Shown one piece after another: positions 26,021 to 35,738 of a DNA stretch of 64,000 nucleotides. The position numbers were made by a program, and so were the translations under genes. The notes beneath the pieces are model-generated. The model saw only the letters and a program-made list of their open reading frames with translations. It was not told where the DNA came from and did not search any database. Source of the stretch: Candidatus Magasanikiibacteriota bacterium (GTDB lineage: Bacteria > Patescibacteriota > Patescibacteriia > Magasanikbacterales > GWA2-37-8); the NCBI GenBank assembly GCA_041666745.1, contig JBAYGI010000003.1, positions 12,782-76,781 of the forward strand, in the 5' to 3' direction. Position 1 is the stretch's first letter, and every line of letters begins with the position of its first letter.

Positions 26021-27373
26021 ATGTATCGTCTCAAACAACTAACTATTCTTATTGGTGACCTGATAACCCTGTATTTAGGCCTTTATTTGGCTGTATTTTT
26101 ACGTTATCTGGATGTTCCAAGCAAAGCAAATATAAACAATTTGATAGGGCATTTTTCTTGGTTGTTTTTTGTAGCCATTGTTATCGCTTTTATCAGCGGA
26201 ATCTACGACCTAGGCAAGGCCAAAAACAATTTTGCTTTATACCAAAAAATATTTTTTGCCGCGATAATTTGGACTTTGATGGGGGTTTTGTATTTCTATA
26301 TTACACCAAAAAATAATATAAACCCTAAAACTATACTGGCTTTGACTGCTTTGTGTGGATTTGGTTTGTTGTCTTTGTGGCGTTTTCTGTACAACCGTTT
26401 TGTGGCCGCTACTATTTTAAAAACCAAGGTTATCTTTGTTGGATTTTCAAATGAAGTACAAAAAATTGCTGAAATAATAATAAAGTCACCGCAAATTGGT
26501 TATGAAGTGGTCGGAGTAATAAGTTCGGAAAATTGCCCAACCAATATCCCCTGCGTGCAAAATTTAGCAGAGTTAAAAACCGTTCCCGATTTAATTGTGC
26601 TTGATTTTAATTATGAAAAAAATGAAACCGTTGTAAAAGAATTGTATCAAAAAGTTTTTCAACAGGTTAGCATTATTGATCTGGCGGATTTTTATGAAAC
26701 CATTTATCGCCGATTACCACCTTTTACTTTTTCAGAAAGTTGGTTTTTGACAAAATTCCAAGAACAATCCAAAAAAATATACGACCGTTTCCGCTTACTG
26801 ACAGATTTTATCGCGGCGGTATTGATGGCAATATTTTTTGCAATTACCTTTCCATTTATTGCTATAGCTATAAAATTAAATTCTAAAGGACCGGTTTTAT
26901 TCAAACAAGCTCGTGTTGGTCGGGGTGGTCAAATATTTTTTATTTATAAATACCGCACCATGAAAGTTTTGAACGCAGATGGTAGTGCTGAGACTAGTGG
27001 TCCACAATATGCCTCTGAAAAAGACAATCGTATTACCCTGGTCGGGAGATTTTTACGCGCTACACGTTTGGATGAAATTCCTCAATTTATCAACATCTTC
27101 AAAAACGAAATGGGGCTAATCGGACCACGACCGGAACGTCCGGAATTTGTGGATCAACTCACCAAATTGATGCCATTTTATGCATTGCGCCATTTGATAA
27201 AACCCGGATTGACCGGCTGGGCACAACTACAGCGTGGTTATTATGGTACACTGGATGAAAACTTGGGGAAACTGGAATATGATTTGTATTATATAAAAAA
27301 TCGCGGTCCATTGTTGGATATTGCGATTATTTTGAAAACTGTTAGTGTTGTTTTAGGTATGATTGGTAGATAA
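26021..27373 (+). CDS. polyprenyl glycosylphosphotransferase (WbaP/WcaJ family priming transferase)
   Basis: N-terminal TMs, FKQ.RVG, YKYRTM, RLDEIPQF.N, IGPRPERP, KPGLTGWAQ, YDLYYI. Confidence 0.93.
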   Translation: MYRLKQLTILIGDLITLYLGLYLAVFLRYLDVPSKANINNLIGHFSWLFFVAIVIAFISGIYDLGKAKNNFALYQKIFFAAIIWTLMGVLYFYITPKNNINPKTILALTALCGFGLLSLWRFLYNRFVAATILKTKVIFVGFSNEVQKIAEIIIKSPQIGYEVVGVISSENCPTNIPCVQNLAELKTVPDLIVLDFNYEKNETVVKELYQKVFQQVSIIDLADFYETIYRRLPPFTFSESWFLTKFQEQSKKIYDRFRLLTDFIAAVLMAIFFAITFPFIAIAIKLNSKGPVLFKQARVGRGGQIFFIYKYRTMKVLNADGSAETSGPQYASEKDNRITLVGRFLRATRLDEIPQFINIFKNEMGLIGPRPERPEFVDQLTKLMPFYALRHLIKPGLTGWAQLQRGYYGTLDENLGKLEYDLYYIKNRGPLLDIAIILKTVSVVLGMIGR

Positions 27374-27386
27374 CAAAAACAACCAA

Positions 27387-28475
27387 CTACAACTCTATGA
27401 TGGTTTGCTCACCTACTATCAGCCGATGAAATCCGTCAGTATTTTTTTTCTTTATTTGGACATTTCCACCTACTATACTGTCTTTTATTTTCAAGTCACA
27501 GACCATGTGGCAGTTGGAAAGAATAATGGAATTCGCAATTTCTACTCCTTCAATAATACTACCGCTACCAATAGTAACATTGGGTGAAATAATACAATTT
27601 TTTAATGTACAATTTTCACCGACAATTACCGGACCGGTGATTTTTACGTTTTGATCAATTGTGGTTCCTACTCCTATTTTTACTTTACCACTAATTTGCG
27701 CGCCATCAACTACTTGTCCTAAATTTTTAAATTCACCATCCAACATTTCATCAAGCAATAGTTGGTTCGCGATAATCAAATCCTTTGGCGCGCCGGTATC
27801 TTTCCACCAGCCGGTGATTTCTTTGTGACCGACTTTGAAATTATTTTTTAGCAAATAGGAATGAATATCAGAAATTTCATATTCACCACGCGCGCTTTTA
27901 TTTATTTTAGAGAATACATCAAAAAATATTTTGGAGCCATAGAGATAAATACCGGTCTGAGCAAAATTATTTGGCGGGTTCGATGGTTTTTCCACCACAT
28001 CTATCAGATTGTCGCTTTCATCAAAAATTGGCACTCCAAAACGTTCCGGATCGGGTACTTTGGCAAAGGCCAACATACAATCATAATTATTCTGGTAAAA
28101 TTCTTCAAAAATCGGTTTTAGACTACCCAAGGTAATATTGTCGGATAGATAAAAAAGAAAAGGATCGTCACCAATAAAATCCTGAGCTTCTTTTACTACA
28201 TGAGCGATTCCTTGTGGACCACCGGTTTGTTCAAAAAATTTTATTTTAATTCCCCAATGCCCACCATCACCAATGTGTTTTTGTAAATCTGTTTCACCTG
28301 GATTGGTATTGATAAAAATTTCTTCTATACCGGCCTCTACCGCCTTGGCGATAGCGTGAAAAATCATCGGCTTGTTGGCCAGTGGTATCAGATGTTTGTT
28401 CATTGTTGAGGTTACCGGGCGCAATCTGGTTGCCCGTCCCCCTCCGGTCAAAATCGCTTTTCTGATTTTTTGCAT
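27387..28475 (-). CDS. rfbA: glucose-1-phosphate thymidylyltransferase (long-form RmlA)
   Basis: GG..TRLRP.T...NKHLIP.ANKPM, VEKP..P, SARGEYEI.D, WWKDTG, C-terminal left-handed beta-helix; start 28475. Confidence 0.88.
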   Translation of the reverse strand: MQKIRKAILTGGGRATRLRPVTSTMNKHLIPLANKPMIFHAIAKAVEAGIEEIFINTNPGETDLQKHIGDGGHWGIKIKFFEQTGGPQGIAHVVKEAQDFIGDDPFLFYLSDNITLGSLKPIFEEFYQNNYDCMLAFAKVPDPERFGVPIFDESDNLIDVVEKPSNPPNNFAQTGIYLYGSKIFFDVFSKINKSARGEYEISDIHSYLLKNNFKVGHKEITGWWKDTGAPKDLIIANQLLLDEMLDGEFKNLGQVVDGAQISGKVKIGVGTTIDQNVKITGPVIVGENCTLKNCIISPNVTIGSGSIIEGVEIANSIILSNCHMVCDLKIKDSIVGGNVQIKKKNTDGFHRLIVGEQTIIEL

Positions 28476-28480
28476 ATCAA

Positions 28481-29575
28481 TTACCAAAAAATAATATTCT
28501 TTACGATCAACCAATAAAAATTCATTAATGGGTTGGCGATATTGTCTAAAATAGGATTTTTTATACTGGCTTCATTGAATTCTACTTTTCCTACAAATGT
28601 TTTGATCATTTCTTTGTCAGTTACTTTACGAATACTTTGGACATAAGCGCGTTTTTTTAACCACAATTTCCAACTGGATAATTTCAGCCAATATGCATAA
28701 GATCTGAGTTTTTCTTTCCACCAACCTTGTTTGGCGGCGAATAATAACAGACCCAATTCCAACACCAATCCCATTGGTAAAAATAACAACAAAGTCGGCC
28801 ATTTAAAAAACATCAACATTACACCTAGACGATTGCGTTCAATATAATAAAACTTTTCTTGATTGCGACCAAAAGAATACTTATGATAAAAAATCGAATC
28901 ACTGGCAACCATTATTTTATAACCGGCAATTTTTAGACGGAAACAATATTCAATGTCTTCATGATACAGAAAAAAATCATTATCCCACAAACCATATTGA
29001 CGCAATAAATCCGCACGCATCAATACCGCCGCCCCACTGGCATAAGATGTTTCAAAAACTTTTTCCAAATTCAAACTATCTCTTTTTACACGCAAATTAT
29101 TACAAAAACCCAGACCCAAATAGTGAAAAGAATTTCCGGAACTATTCAATAAATCAGTTTCCGGATAAAGCATCAAAAGCGATTGCGCCGCGCCCACAGT
29201 TTTGTCCTTTTCCATTACCTCCAAAAGTGGTTCCAAAAAACTAGCCGCCACAAAACCATCGTTATTATGAAAATATACATAATCAAAACCATTATCCAGC
29301 GCCCACTGTATACCAACATTGTTGCCACCGGCAAAACCTAAATTTTGACTTTGAGCCAGCAAAGTGATATGTGGCAATTCATTTCCCGACAATTGCATGA
29401 CCCTATCTTCCAAGAATCGAACCGATGATCCATGTTGAGGATGAGGATTATCCACAATCACCAACTCCACTTTGTCTTTTGGATAAGTCATCTTTTTCAA
29501 CGCTGAAACCACATCGTCGATATATGGTTCACAATGAAAAGATAAATAAACTATTGCTACTTTTGGTTGAGACAT
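28481..29575 (-). CDS. GT2 glycosyltransferase
   Basis: IVDN, NLGFAGGNNVG, HNND, SGAA, FFLYHED.EYC.R. Confidence 0.9.
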   Translation of the reverse strand: MSQPKVAIVYLSFHCEPYIDDVVSALKKMTYPKDKVELVIVDNPHPQHGSSVRFLEDRVMQLSGNELPHITLLAQSQNLGFAGGNNVGIQWALDNGFDYVYFHNNDGFVAASFLEPLLEVMEKDKTVGAAQSLLMLYPETDLLNSSGNSFHYLGLGFCNNLRVKRDSLNLEKVFETSYASGAAVLMRADLLRQYGLWDNDFFLYHEDIEYCFRLKIAGYKIMVASDSIFYHKYSFGRNQEKFYYIERNRLGVMLMFFKWPTLLLFLPMGLVLELGLLLFAAKQGWWKEKLRSYAYWLKLSSWKLWLKKRAYVQSIRKVTDKEMIKTFVGKVEFNEASIKNPILDNIANPLMNFYWLIVKNIIFW

Positions 29576-29576
29576 A

Positions 29577-30413
29577 TTAAACAGAATAATATTTATTATT
29601 ACCTTTCCACTTCCACATATATTTCAGCCAACTAATAAAGTGAATGCGGGCTAATTTATTTTTAAAAATCGCTTTGATCCCCGGCACCTTGGCGGATTCG
29701 CGCGCGTGAGCATGATAAATTTTCACGTCAGCCAAATAATAAACCGGCCAGCCTTTTTCCCACATCCGACGACACCAATCTGAATCTTCCATATACATAA
29801 AATAACGGTCGTCAAAAAACCCAACTTGATCAGTGGCGGTTTTTCGCGCCATCATGACCGAACCCATCACCCAATCTACCGGGCGAGTTTCATTGTGATC
29901 AAAATCTTTCATCAGTAATCTATCGGAATATTTTTTAACCCAAGCGTATTTTTTATCAAAATTTATTTGTTTCAGAGGTTTGATGGCAATGGATGGGAAA
30001 TCAAAACGATAACAAGAATATTGCAAAGTGTCATCCATGTTTAAAATTTTTGGACCAATCATTCCGATCTTTGGATGCTCGTCCATATACTTGACCATCC
30101 GTTCGATAGTGTGCGAATTTCCCGGGATAACCGTATCAGGATTGAGTGTCATGTAGTAGCGTGCTTCCATTTGCGCAAACGCCATATTCAAACCCCGACC
30201 AAATCCAACATTGTCACCACAACTAAAATATTGAATGTCGGGAAACTTTTCCGCCAACGCTTCTTTTAGTCCATCTTTATTTAGCGAATTATCCGCAACA
30301 ATTATTTTAATATCATAAGGACAACCGGCGATATCTTTGATAACCGAATCAAGCGCGCATAAAATATCGTCTTTTGATAAAAAATTTAGAAATACCAAAT
30401 TGACATCTTTCAT
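29577..30413 (-). CDS. GT2 glycosyltransferase (WbbL-like rhamnosyltransferase)
   Basis: NVGFGRG.N, LNPDT, VDWVMGS, FDDRYFMYMED.DWCRR. Confidence 0.9.
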   Translation of the reverse strand: MKDVNLVFLNFLSKDDILCALDSVIKDIAGCPYDIKIIVADNSLNKDGLKEALAEKFPDIQYFSCGDNVGFGRGLNMAFAQMEARYYMTLNPDTVIPGNSHTIERMVKYMDEHPKIGMIGPKILNMDDTLQYSCYRFDFPSIAIKPLKQINFDKKYAWVKKYSDRLLMKDFDHNETRPVDWVMGSVMMARKTATDQVGFFDDRYFMYMEDSDWCRRMWEKGWPVYYLADVKIYHAHARESAKVPGIKAIFKNKLARIHFISWLKYMWKWKGNNKYYSV

Positions 30414-30417
30414 AAAA

Positions 30418-31485
30418 TTATTTCCACCATTTTCTTAAATCTTTATAACTGACTTTTTTCATTTTATTTATCTGTTCACGCTTGTTTTTCAAATCCACTC
30501 TCCCCTGCCAAATCTCTTTTAGTCCCTTTAAAACCGCTCGATCAAACAATAAAAAGAAAACAAACTTCTTTAATTCATACCACAAAACCCAAGGAAAATC
30601 AAGTATCAGGTTCTGCCAGTATTCATTCTTGTAAAGTGTGCTCAAATGGTTTTTGTAACTATGATATTGCACCCATGGCGATTGTTGTTTTTTGTTAACC
30701 GAAGCTACAAAATCATTCAACTCTTTTGGACCGGCGCCAGCCCGATCGTGATAAGCGACTGTGTCTAATAAAATATAAGATTGAAAACCAGCCTCCTGTA
30801 AACGATAAGACAAATCCACATCTTCTTTGTAAGCATGGTAAGATTCATCCAAAAACTGACCACCGGAAAAAGCCACCTGCTCTATGATATTTCGACGCAT
30901 CATCGGAAATGCTCCGGAAGCGCCAAATACTTCCAAGGCTTTCATAGTGCTGTCATCCCCGTGAAAACGGGGATCTTTTTTCACTTCTTCCCAATTTTGT
31001 TGCGTAAATTGTTCAATCACTCGGCGATTACGAAATATTTTTAAACCCAACGCATCAATACTGTCAGTCATCCCAAATTCCGCCAAAGAATCTTTTTCCA
31101 CCGCTTTAAAATCCCAACGCATTAAACGTGGCGAAACTGCGGCCACTTTTTTATTCTCATCCAAAAATTTAACCATTTTTTCTAAACAGTCCGGTTGTAA
31201 ATACATGTCTTGATTGAGCAGTAAAAAATATTCACTGTCAGTATCACGATAAGCTTGATTGTGTCCGCCGGCAAAACCATTGTTGGAGGGATTGATTACC
31301 ATTTTGTAGGGCACCGAAAAATTGGCCAACTCTTTTTTGATCAATTCTGCGGTATTATCTTTGGAGTCATTGTCAATAATATACAAAAACCAATCCTTGA
31401 AAGTTTGCTTACGCAAAGATTCAAATAAATACGGAATATACTTTCCACCATTCCAAGCCACTAAGTGAACGGATAATTTTTGCAT
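30418..31485 (-). CDS. GT2 glycosyltransferase
   Basis: IDNDSKD, NNGFAGGHN, LLNQD, FGASGA, YKEDVDL.YR. Confidence 0.9.
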   Translation of the reverse strand: MQKLSVHLVAWNGGKYIPYLFESLRKQTFKDWFLYIIDNDSKDNTAELIKKELANFSVPYKMVINPSNNGFAGGHNQAYRDTDSEYFLLLNQDMYLQPDCLEKMVKFLDENKKVAAVSPRLMRWDFKAVEKDSLAEFGMTDSIDALGLKIFRNRRVIEQFTQQNWEEVKKDPRFHGDDSTMKALEVFGASGAFPMMRRNIIEQVAFSGGQFLDESYHAYKEDVDLSYRLQEAGFQSYILLDTVAYHDRAGAGPKELNDFVASVNKKQQSPWVQYHSYKNHLSTLYKNEYWQNLILDFPWVLWYELKKFVFFLLFDRAVLKGLKEIWQGRVDLKNKREQINKMKKVSYKDLRKWWK

Positions 31486-31486
31486 A

Positions 31487-32338
31487 TTATTTACTCAACT
31501 TATCATTTATCCAAGCCAGCGCAATACCGACAGGTCTAAAAATTGCAATCCACATCCATTTATACCACGGTTCCCATTTCTGAAAATACTGCAACATGCT
31601 TTTGGTAAAATTTTTCTGTTTCCACAGAGTAGTGCGTTGTTTAAAACTTTGTCCAATATAATCAACACACGAAATTATTGGCGTATGAACTACTTTATAG
31701 CCCAATTTTTTTACTTCACGACAAGTATCTACATCTTCAAACCAGATAAAATATCTAGAATCAAAAGCGAAGCCCAATTTTTCAAAAACTTCACGGCGCA
31801 TTATCATAAACGAACCACGCACTGAATCCACTTCTTGTTCTTTGTCCGCATCAAAATCCGTAAACATATATTTATCCAAAATTGATGGAAGAAGATGCGG
31901 TAATTTTAAAATTATTGCGAGTTGGTCAAACACCTTGGGAAAACGACGTGGCTGAGCATCGGCATTTAGTTGACCGTTTTCATCTACCAATTTACAACTG
32001 GCCAAACCGACATCACTGTGGGTTCGCATCCACTCTACTATTTTATCCAAACTTCCCGCTTCTACACGCATGTCCGGATTTAAAAATAACAAAAATTCAC
32101 CACTGCTCATTTTGGCGGCAGTATTGTTGGGCGCGCCAAAACCCAAATTTTTTTCATTTCTTATCAATCTAACCTCGGGATATTTTTGGGCTACCAAATC
32201 AGCGGTGCCATCGGTCGAACCATTGTCCACGACTAATTCTTCAAACGAAATATTTTGACAGCCGGTTTTGACGGAGTCGATTTGTTCGGTGATTAGTTTT
32301 GCGGAATTCCAGGTGACAGTGATGATTGAGAGATTCAT
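31487..32338 (-). CDS. GT2 glycosyltransferase (WbbL-like)
   Basis: MNLSIITVTWNS, VVDNGSTDG, NLGFGA.NN, FLNPD, YFIWFEDVD.C. True start ATG 32338; the ORF-track extension runs into palindrome B. Confidence 0.9.
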   Translation of the reverse strand: MNLSIITVTWNSAKLITEQIDSVKTGCQNISFEELVVDNGSTDGTADLVAQKYPEVRLIRNEKNLGFGAPNNTAAKMSSGEFLLFLNPDMRVEAGSLDKIVEWMRTHSDVGLASCKLVDENGQLNADAQPRRFPKVFDQLAIILKLPHLLPSILDKYMFTDFDADKEQEVDSVRGSFMIMRREVFEKLGFAFDSRYFIWFEDVDTCREVKKLGYKVVHTPIISCVDYIGQSFKQRTTLWKQKNFTKSMLQYFQKWEPWYKWMWIAIFRPVGIALAWINDKLSK

Positions 32339-32358
32339 AATTTTTTCTTGTTTTTTAC

Positions 32359-32480
32359 GCCAAATATATATTGTTTTTCTTGCGCTCAGACTTGTAGCGT
32401 ATTGGGGGTTTGGCAGACAGCTTGGATTGGCTCTCGCTACTTCGGACAATTCGCGCGGCGAAAAATAATATATATTTGGC
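32359..32480. repeat. intergenic long palindrome B
   Basis: 20/21-bp outer inverted repeat GCCAAATATATATTGTTTTTC / GAAAAATAATATATATTTGGC, inner GCGC/GCGC and GTAGCG/CGCTAC stems. Confidence 0.8.
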
Positions 32481-32494
32481 TAAAATACTTATAA

Positions 32495-33568
32495 CTACTT
32501 TTTTAATTGTTGTTTGAAATAATCTACGAACGGTATTGCTGTCGGATCGAGGCCTTGCAGGAGGGCAGAGTAATAACTTATATAACTACTTAATACTAGA
32601 ATTTCGCATGTTTGGGCTAGTGGATTTTGGGCGGTGGCGGTGTATGACAAATATTCTATTTTATTTTTGTCCAGAATGTTTTTGGTTACTGTAAAACGTT
32701 TTTGGATTTTTTCACTGTACAATTTTGATTCCAACAAGACAAATGTCAGATCTTTTTGGTTGCTTTTTGGATACATCATTCCCTCCATCAAATGATGATT
32801 CAGTTCCGGGATAATAAAATATCCGGCAAAACGTTTGGCGTTTTCATTCATCTGGTTGGCGGCGATATGCGTGTTGCCGTTTAAATGTTGCGCGCCGGCA
32901 TACCATACGCTTTTATTTTGTAAAGCTTGGGCGATTTTTTTAGCGGCATTTTCACCGCTGTTACCCACTCCAAATTCCAAATTATATTTTTCGAAATCAC
33001 CGATCACTTGTTTGATGTCTTTTTCGCCAATTTTCAAAAATCCAATTTTACTCAATAAAATTATTTGACCAATTATTAAATATCCCAAACCCATACGCGG
33101 TGAACCGCACGGATTATTTTTGGTGGTAAAAATCAAAGCCGGTATTTTGGCAGTGCGCGCGATTTCACTCAGCTCACCGCCGGAAGTGATGATCACTGTT
33201 TTGGCTTTTTTAATCCGCGCAGTTTTCATGGCATACAACACTTCTTCGGTGGTGCCTGAATAACTGGAAAAAATTACCAAACTATTTTTGTCTGTATATT
33301 CCGGCACACTATAACCATTCACTATTTCTAGCGGGATTTTTAAAGTACTAAAATATAAAGATTTAATTACGTGCGCGCCAAGCGCTGATCCGCCCATACC
33401 AACCACTACGATATTTTTTACTTTTTTATAATCTGCTGAAAATTTCAAATCCTTTGCGCATTGCCATACTTCCTCCACTTGATGTGGTAATTTTTCCAAA
33501 CTACCCAACATGTTTTTGGAATCCAATTTTTGGATGGCAGAAATATCATTTAAAATATTTTTTGACAT
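32495..33568 (-). CDS. bifunctional phosphoglucose/phosphomannose isomerase (SIS domains)
   Basis: GMGGSALG, SSYSG.TEE, TSGG.L, PRMGLGY, Q.NENAK, PELNHH, DPT.IP.VD..K. Confidence 0.92.
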   Translation of the reverse strand: MSKNILNDISAIQKLDSKNMLGSLEKLPHQVEEVWQCAKDLKFSADYKKVKNIVVVGMGGSALGAHVIKSLYFSTLKIPLEIVNGYSVPEYTDKNSLVIFSSYSGTTEEVLYAMKTARIKKAKTVIITSGGELSEIARTAKIPALIFTTKNNPCGSPRMGLGYLIIGQIILLSKIGFLKIGEKDIKQVIGDFEKYNLEFGVGNSGENAAKKIAQALQNKSVWYAGAQHLNGNTHIAANQMNENAKRFAGYFIIPELNHHLMEGMMYPKSNQKDLTFVLLESKLYSEKIQKRFTVTKNILDKNKIEYLSYTATAQNPLAQTCEILVLSSYISYYSALLQGLDPTAIPFVDYFKQQLKK

Positions 33569-33577
33569 AAATAAAAA

Positions 33578-34483
33578 TTATTTTTTTGAAACTCTTTGTG
33601 ATTCAAGTTGTTGGTGAAAATGACGACCCAATGTTTCTTTGATAAAAGTATGTTTACTCTCGACTATCTTTTCACAAACCGAAACTGCATTTACTCCCTT
33701 GGCCAATAGATTTTTTTTAAATAATAACTTTTCTTCTAATAACTTTTCTTCGGTTGGTTGTTTTTTGGTTGGGAATTTTACACCAAAACCCTCCTGTAAA
33801 ATAGTTTGCACCGCCCCACCACCTTTGCCAAACACCAACATTGCCAAACCCCATTGTCCATATTTGTCATAAGAACTAAGTAAGGCTTTTGCCGCTGCTC
33901 TAGTAGAAGCCTCAAAATCATAACGCTGATCCACTTTTTCATTCACTGTTAATCCCCACGATACCGCGGTGGCTTTTTCTATTTGATAATATCCAGACGC
34001 GTAGCCAGCCCCTTTGTGCACATGCGGTATTTTCATCGCAGTCTCACCACTCAAAATTGCCGTCATCACACCTTCTAAATCTTTATTTCTTTTTCCATCC
34101 TCATCTTTACAATATTTAACAATTATCGGGAATCTATCGTGCCATTTTTCCAACATGGTAGAAAAATATTCGTTTTCCCCACTGCCTTTTAAACGCGTAT
34201 GCATTACCCTTTTTTCCGCTTTATCAAAAATATTTTTTTTACGCGCCAATAATTCTTTTCTCTTCGGCTCCGGTAATTGTGAAGCAATCCGTTCGATTTC
34301 TGCATCCAACACATTATCATGAAAATCTTCGTTTAGCGTTTCTCTACTCTCGGGATGTTTTTTGGCTGCCTCAGCCGGTCGTTCACCACCCAATCCCAAA
34401 GCGGTCGCAAACACTCCCGCCGCGCCAAGCAAGACCTCTCGCCGACTAAATTTTTGATCGCCTTTTGGTTGACCTTCTGGCAT
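33578..34483 (-). CDS. SLT-domain lytic transglycosylase (MltD-like) with twin-arginine-type signal
   Basis: SRREVLLGAAG..A-E-A signal; GET catalytic Glu, ASGYYQI...TA..WGL, DQRYDFEASTRAAA..L...Y..YG.W.LA. Confidence 0.75.
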   Translation of the reverse strand: MPEGQPKGDQKFSRREVLLGAAGVFATALGLGGERPAEAAKKHPESRETLNEDFHDNVLDAEIERIASQLPEPKRKELLARKKNIFDKAEKRVMHTRLKGSGENEYFSTMLEKWHDRFPIIVKYCKDEDGKRNKDLEGVMTAILSGETAMKIPHVHKGAGYASGYYQIEKATAVSWGLTVNEKVDQRYDFEASTRAAAKALLSSYDKYGQWGLAMLVFGKGGGAVQTILQEGFGVKFPTKKQPTEEKLLEEKLLFKKNLLAKGVNAVSVCEKIVESKHTFIKETLGRHFHQQLESQRVSKK

Positions 34484-34484
34484 A

Positions 34485-35345
34485 TTATTTGGTTAAATAT
34501 TCTTGTAAAGCTTCTTGCCAACTACGTTGAGGTGGCAATTTTGTGTTTAATAATTCTGAATACATCGGACGTCTGGCTGGACGTGGAAATTTATCTCCAC
34601 CAACCGGTGCTACCTCTATATTTATTTTTTTAATTTCAAAAATCTTTTTTGCCCACTCATACCAACTACAAACACCGCTATTACTACCATGATAAATTCC
34701 AAACGGCCGGCCATCCTCAACAATTTTACGCGTAAGCTGTGCCAAATCCGGGGCGTAAGTAATACAACCGATTTCTTCGTCAACCAAATCCAAATGTTTT
34801 TTTCCTCCCTCGGTAGCCAAATAAATCATCGTGTCAACAAAACTTTTTTTGGCTCCTACACTCACGGCTGGTTTGCCAAATAATTTGGACAACCGAATCA
34901 AATAAAATTTGTCACCAACATCCAAAATACTTTTTTCCGCCACCGCTTTGGTTTGTCCGTATTTATTTATTGGATCGGTTTGATCATCTTCGGTATAACC
35001 ATCCTTTTTATCTCCTTTGAAAACATAATCCGAAGAATAATGGACTAATACAGAATGTATTTCTTTACAAATACCCGCCAAATTTTCTACTGCTTCGCTG
35101 TTTATTTTTTTTGCCAAGTCAAAAGCGCTTTTATCTTCTTCTATTCTGTCTACTGCGTTATAGGCCACGGCATTGATCACAACATCAGGATGTAAATCAG
35201 AAATTTTGGTAGCCGTAACAATATAATCAGTAATATCCAAATCCTCTTTGTCCCAACCAACCACCTCATAATTGTGAACAGAAAACTCGCCAACCAATTC
35301 TTGGCCAAGCATCCCTTTTGCGCCGAGTATTAAAACTTTTGGCAT
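34485..35345 (-). CDS. rfbD: dTDP-4-dehydrorhamnose reductase RmlD
   Basis: GAKGMLG, NAVAYNAVD, YSSDYVF.G, PIN.YG.TK, FPRPARRP.YS.L. Confidence 0.93.
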   Translation of the reverse strand: MPKVLILGAKGMLGQELVGEFSVHNYEVVGWDKEDLDITDYIVTATKISDLHPDVVINAVAYNAVDRIEEDKSAFDLAKKINSEAVENLAGICKEIHSVLVHYSSDYVFKGDKKDGYTEDDQTDPINKYGQTKAVAEKSILDVGDKFYLIRLSKLFGKPAVSVGAKKSFVDTMIYLATEGGKKHLDLVDEEIGCITYAPDLAQLTRKIVEDGRPFGIYHGSNSGVCSWYEWAKKIFEIKKINIEVAPVGGDKFPRPARRPMYSELLNTKLPPQRSWQEALQEYLTK

Positions 35346-35737
35346 ATTTTTTTATATTCCTCATAATCCGTAATATAATCATTTCTATCCGGATTATAAT
35401 TGGTCGAAGACAAAGCCAACAAAACACAGTCAGCCGAAGCGTCTTTGAATCCGTGCCAAACATAATTATCCACCAAAATCGCATCTTCCGGACCCCGCAT
35501 AGGCAAATCCTCCAAACCGTTTCCCCTATCAACAACCGCTGTCACCACACCACGCTGACAAACAAACAATTCCTTTTCCTCTTTGTGACAATGCTGTCCG
35601 GTATCTTTAATAAAATCAGTAACAAAATAAATACGCTTCACCTCCCAATCAATAAAATCCTTCAACTCCAACGGCGTCAACGAAATCCCAGTATTCGTAA
35701 AAGTTTTTATTTTAAATTGTCTAAAATTTAATTGCAT
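35330..35737 (-). CDS. FdtA/QdtA (WxcM-like) cupin, sugar-nucleotide isomerase/epimerase
   Basis: VKRIYFV, GQHCHK, VWHGF, LLALSS.NY.....DYI..Y; start 35737. Confidence 0.85.
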   Translation of the reverse strand: MQLNFRQFKIKTFTNTGISLTPLELKDFIDWEVKRIYFVTDFIKDTGQHCHKEEKELFVCQRGVVTAVVDRGNGLEDLPMRGPEDAILVDNYVWHGFKDASADCVLLALSSTNYNPDRNDYITDYEEYKKICQKF

Positions 35738-35738
35738 G

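Noticed and set aside
32339-32449. 37-aa N-terminal extension of the GT2 in the ORF track
   Set aside because: It is read through palindrome B; the family-typical start is MNLSII at 32338.
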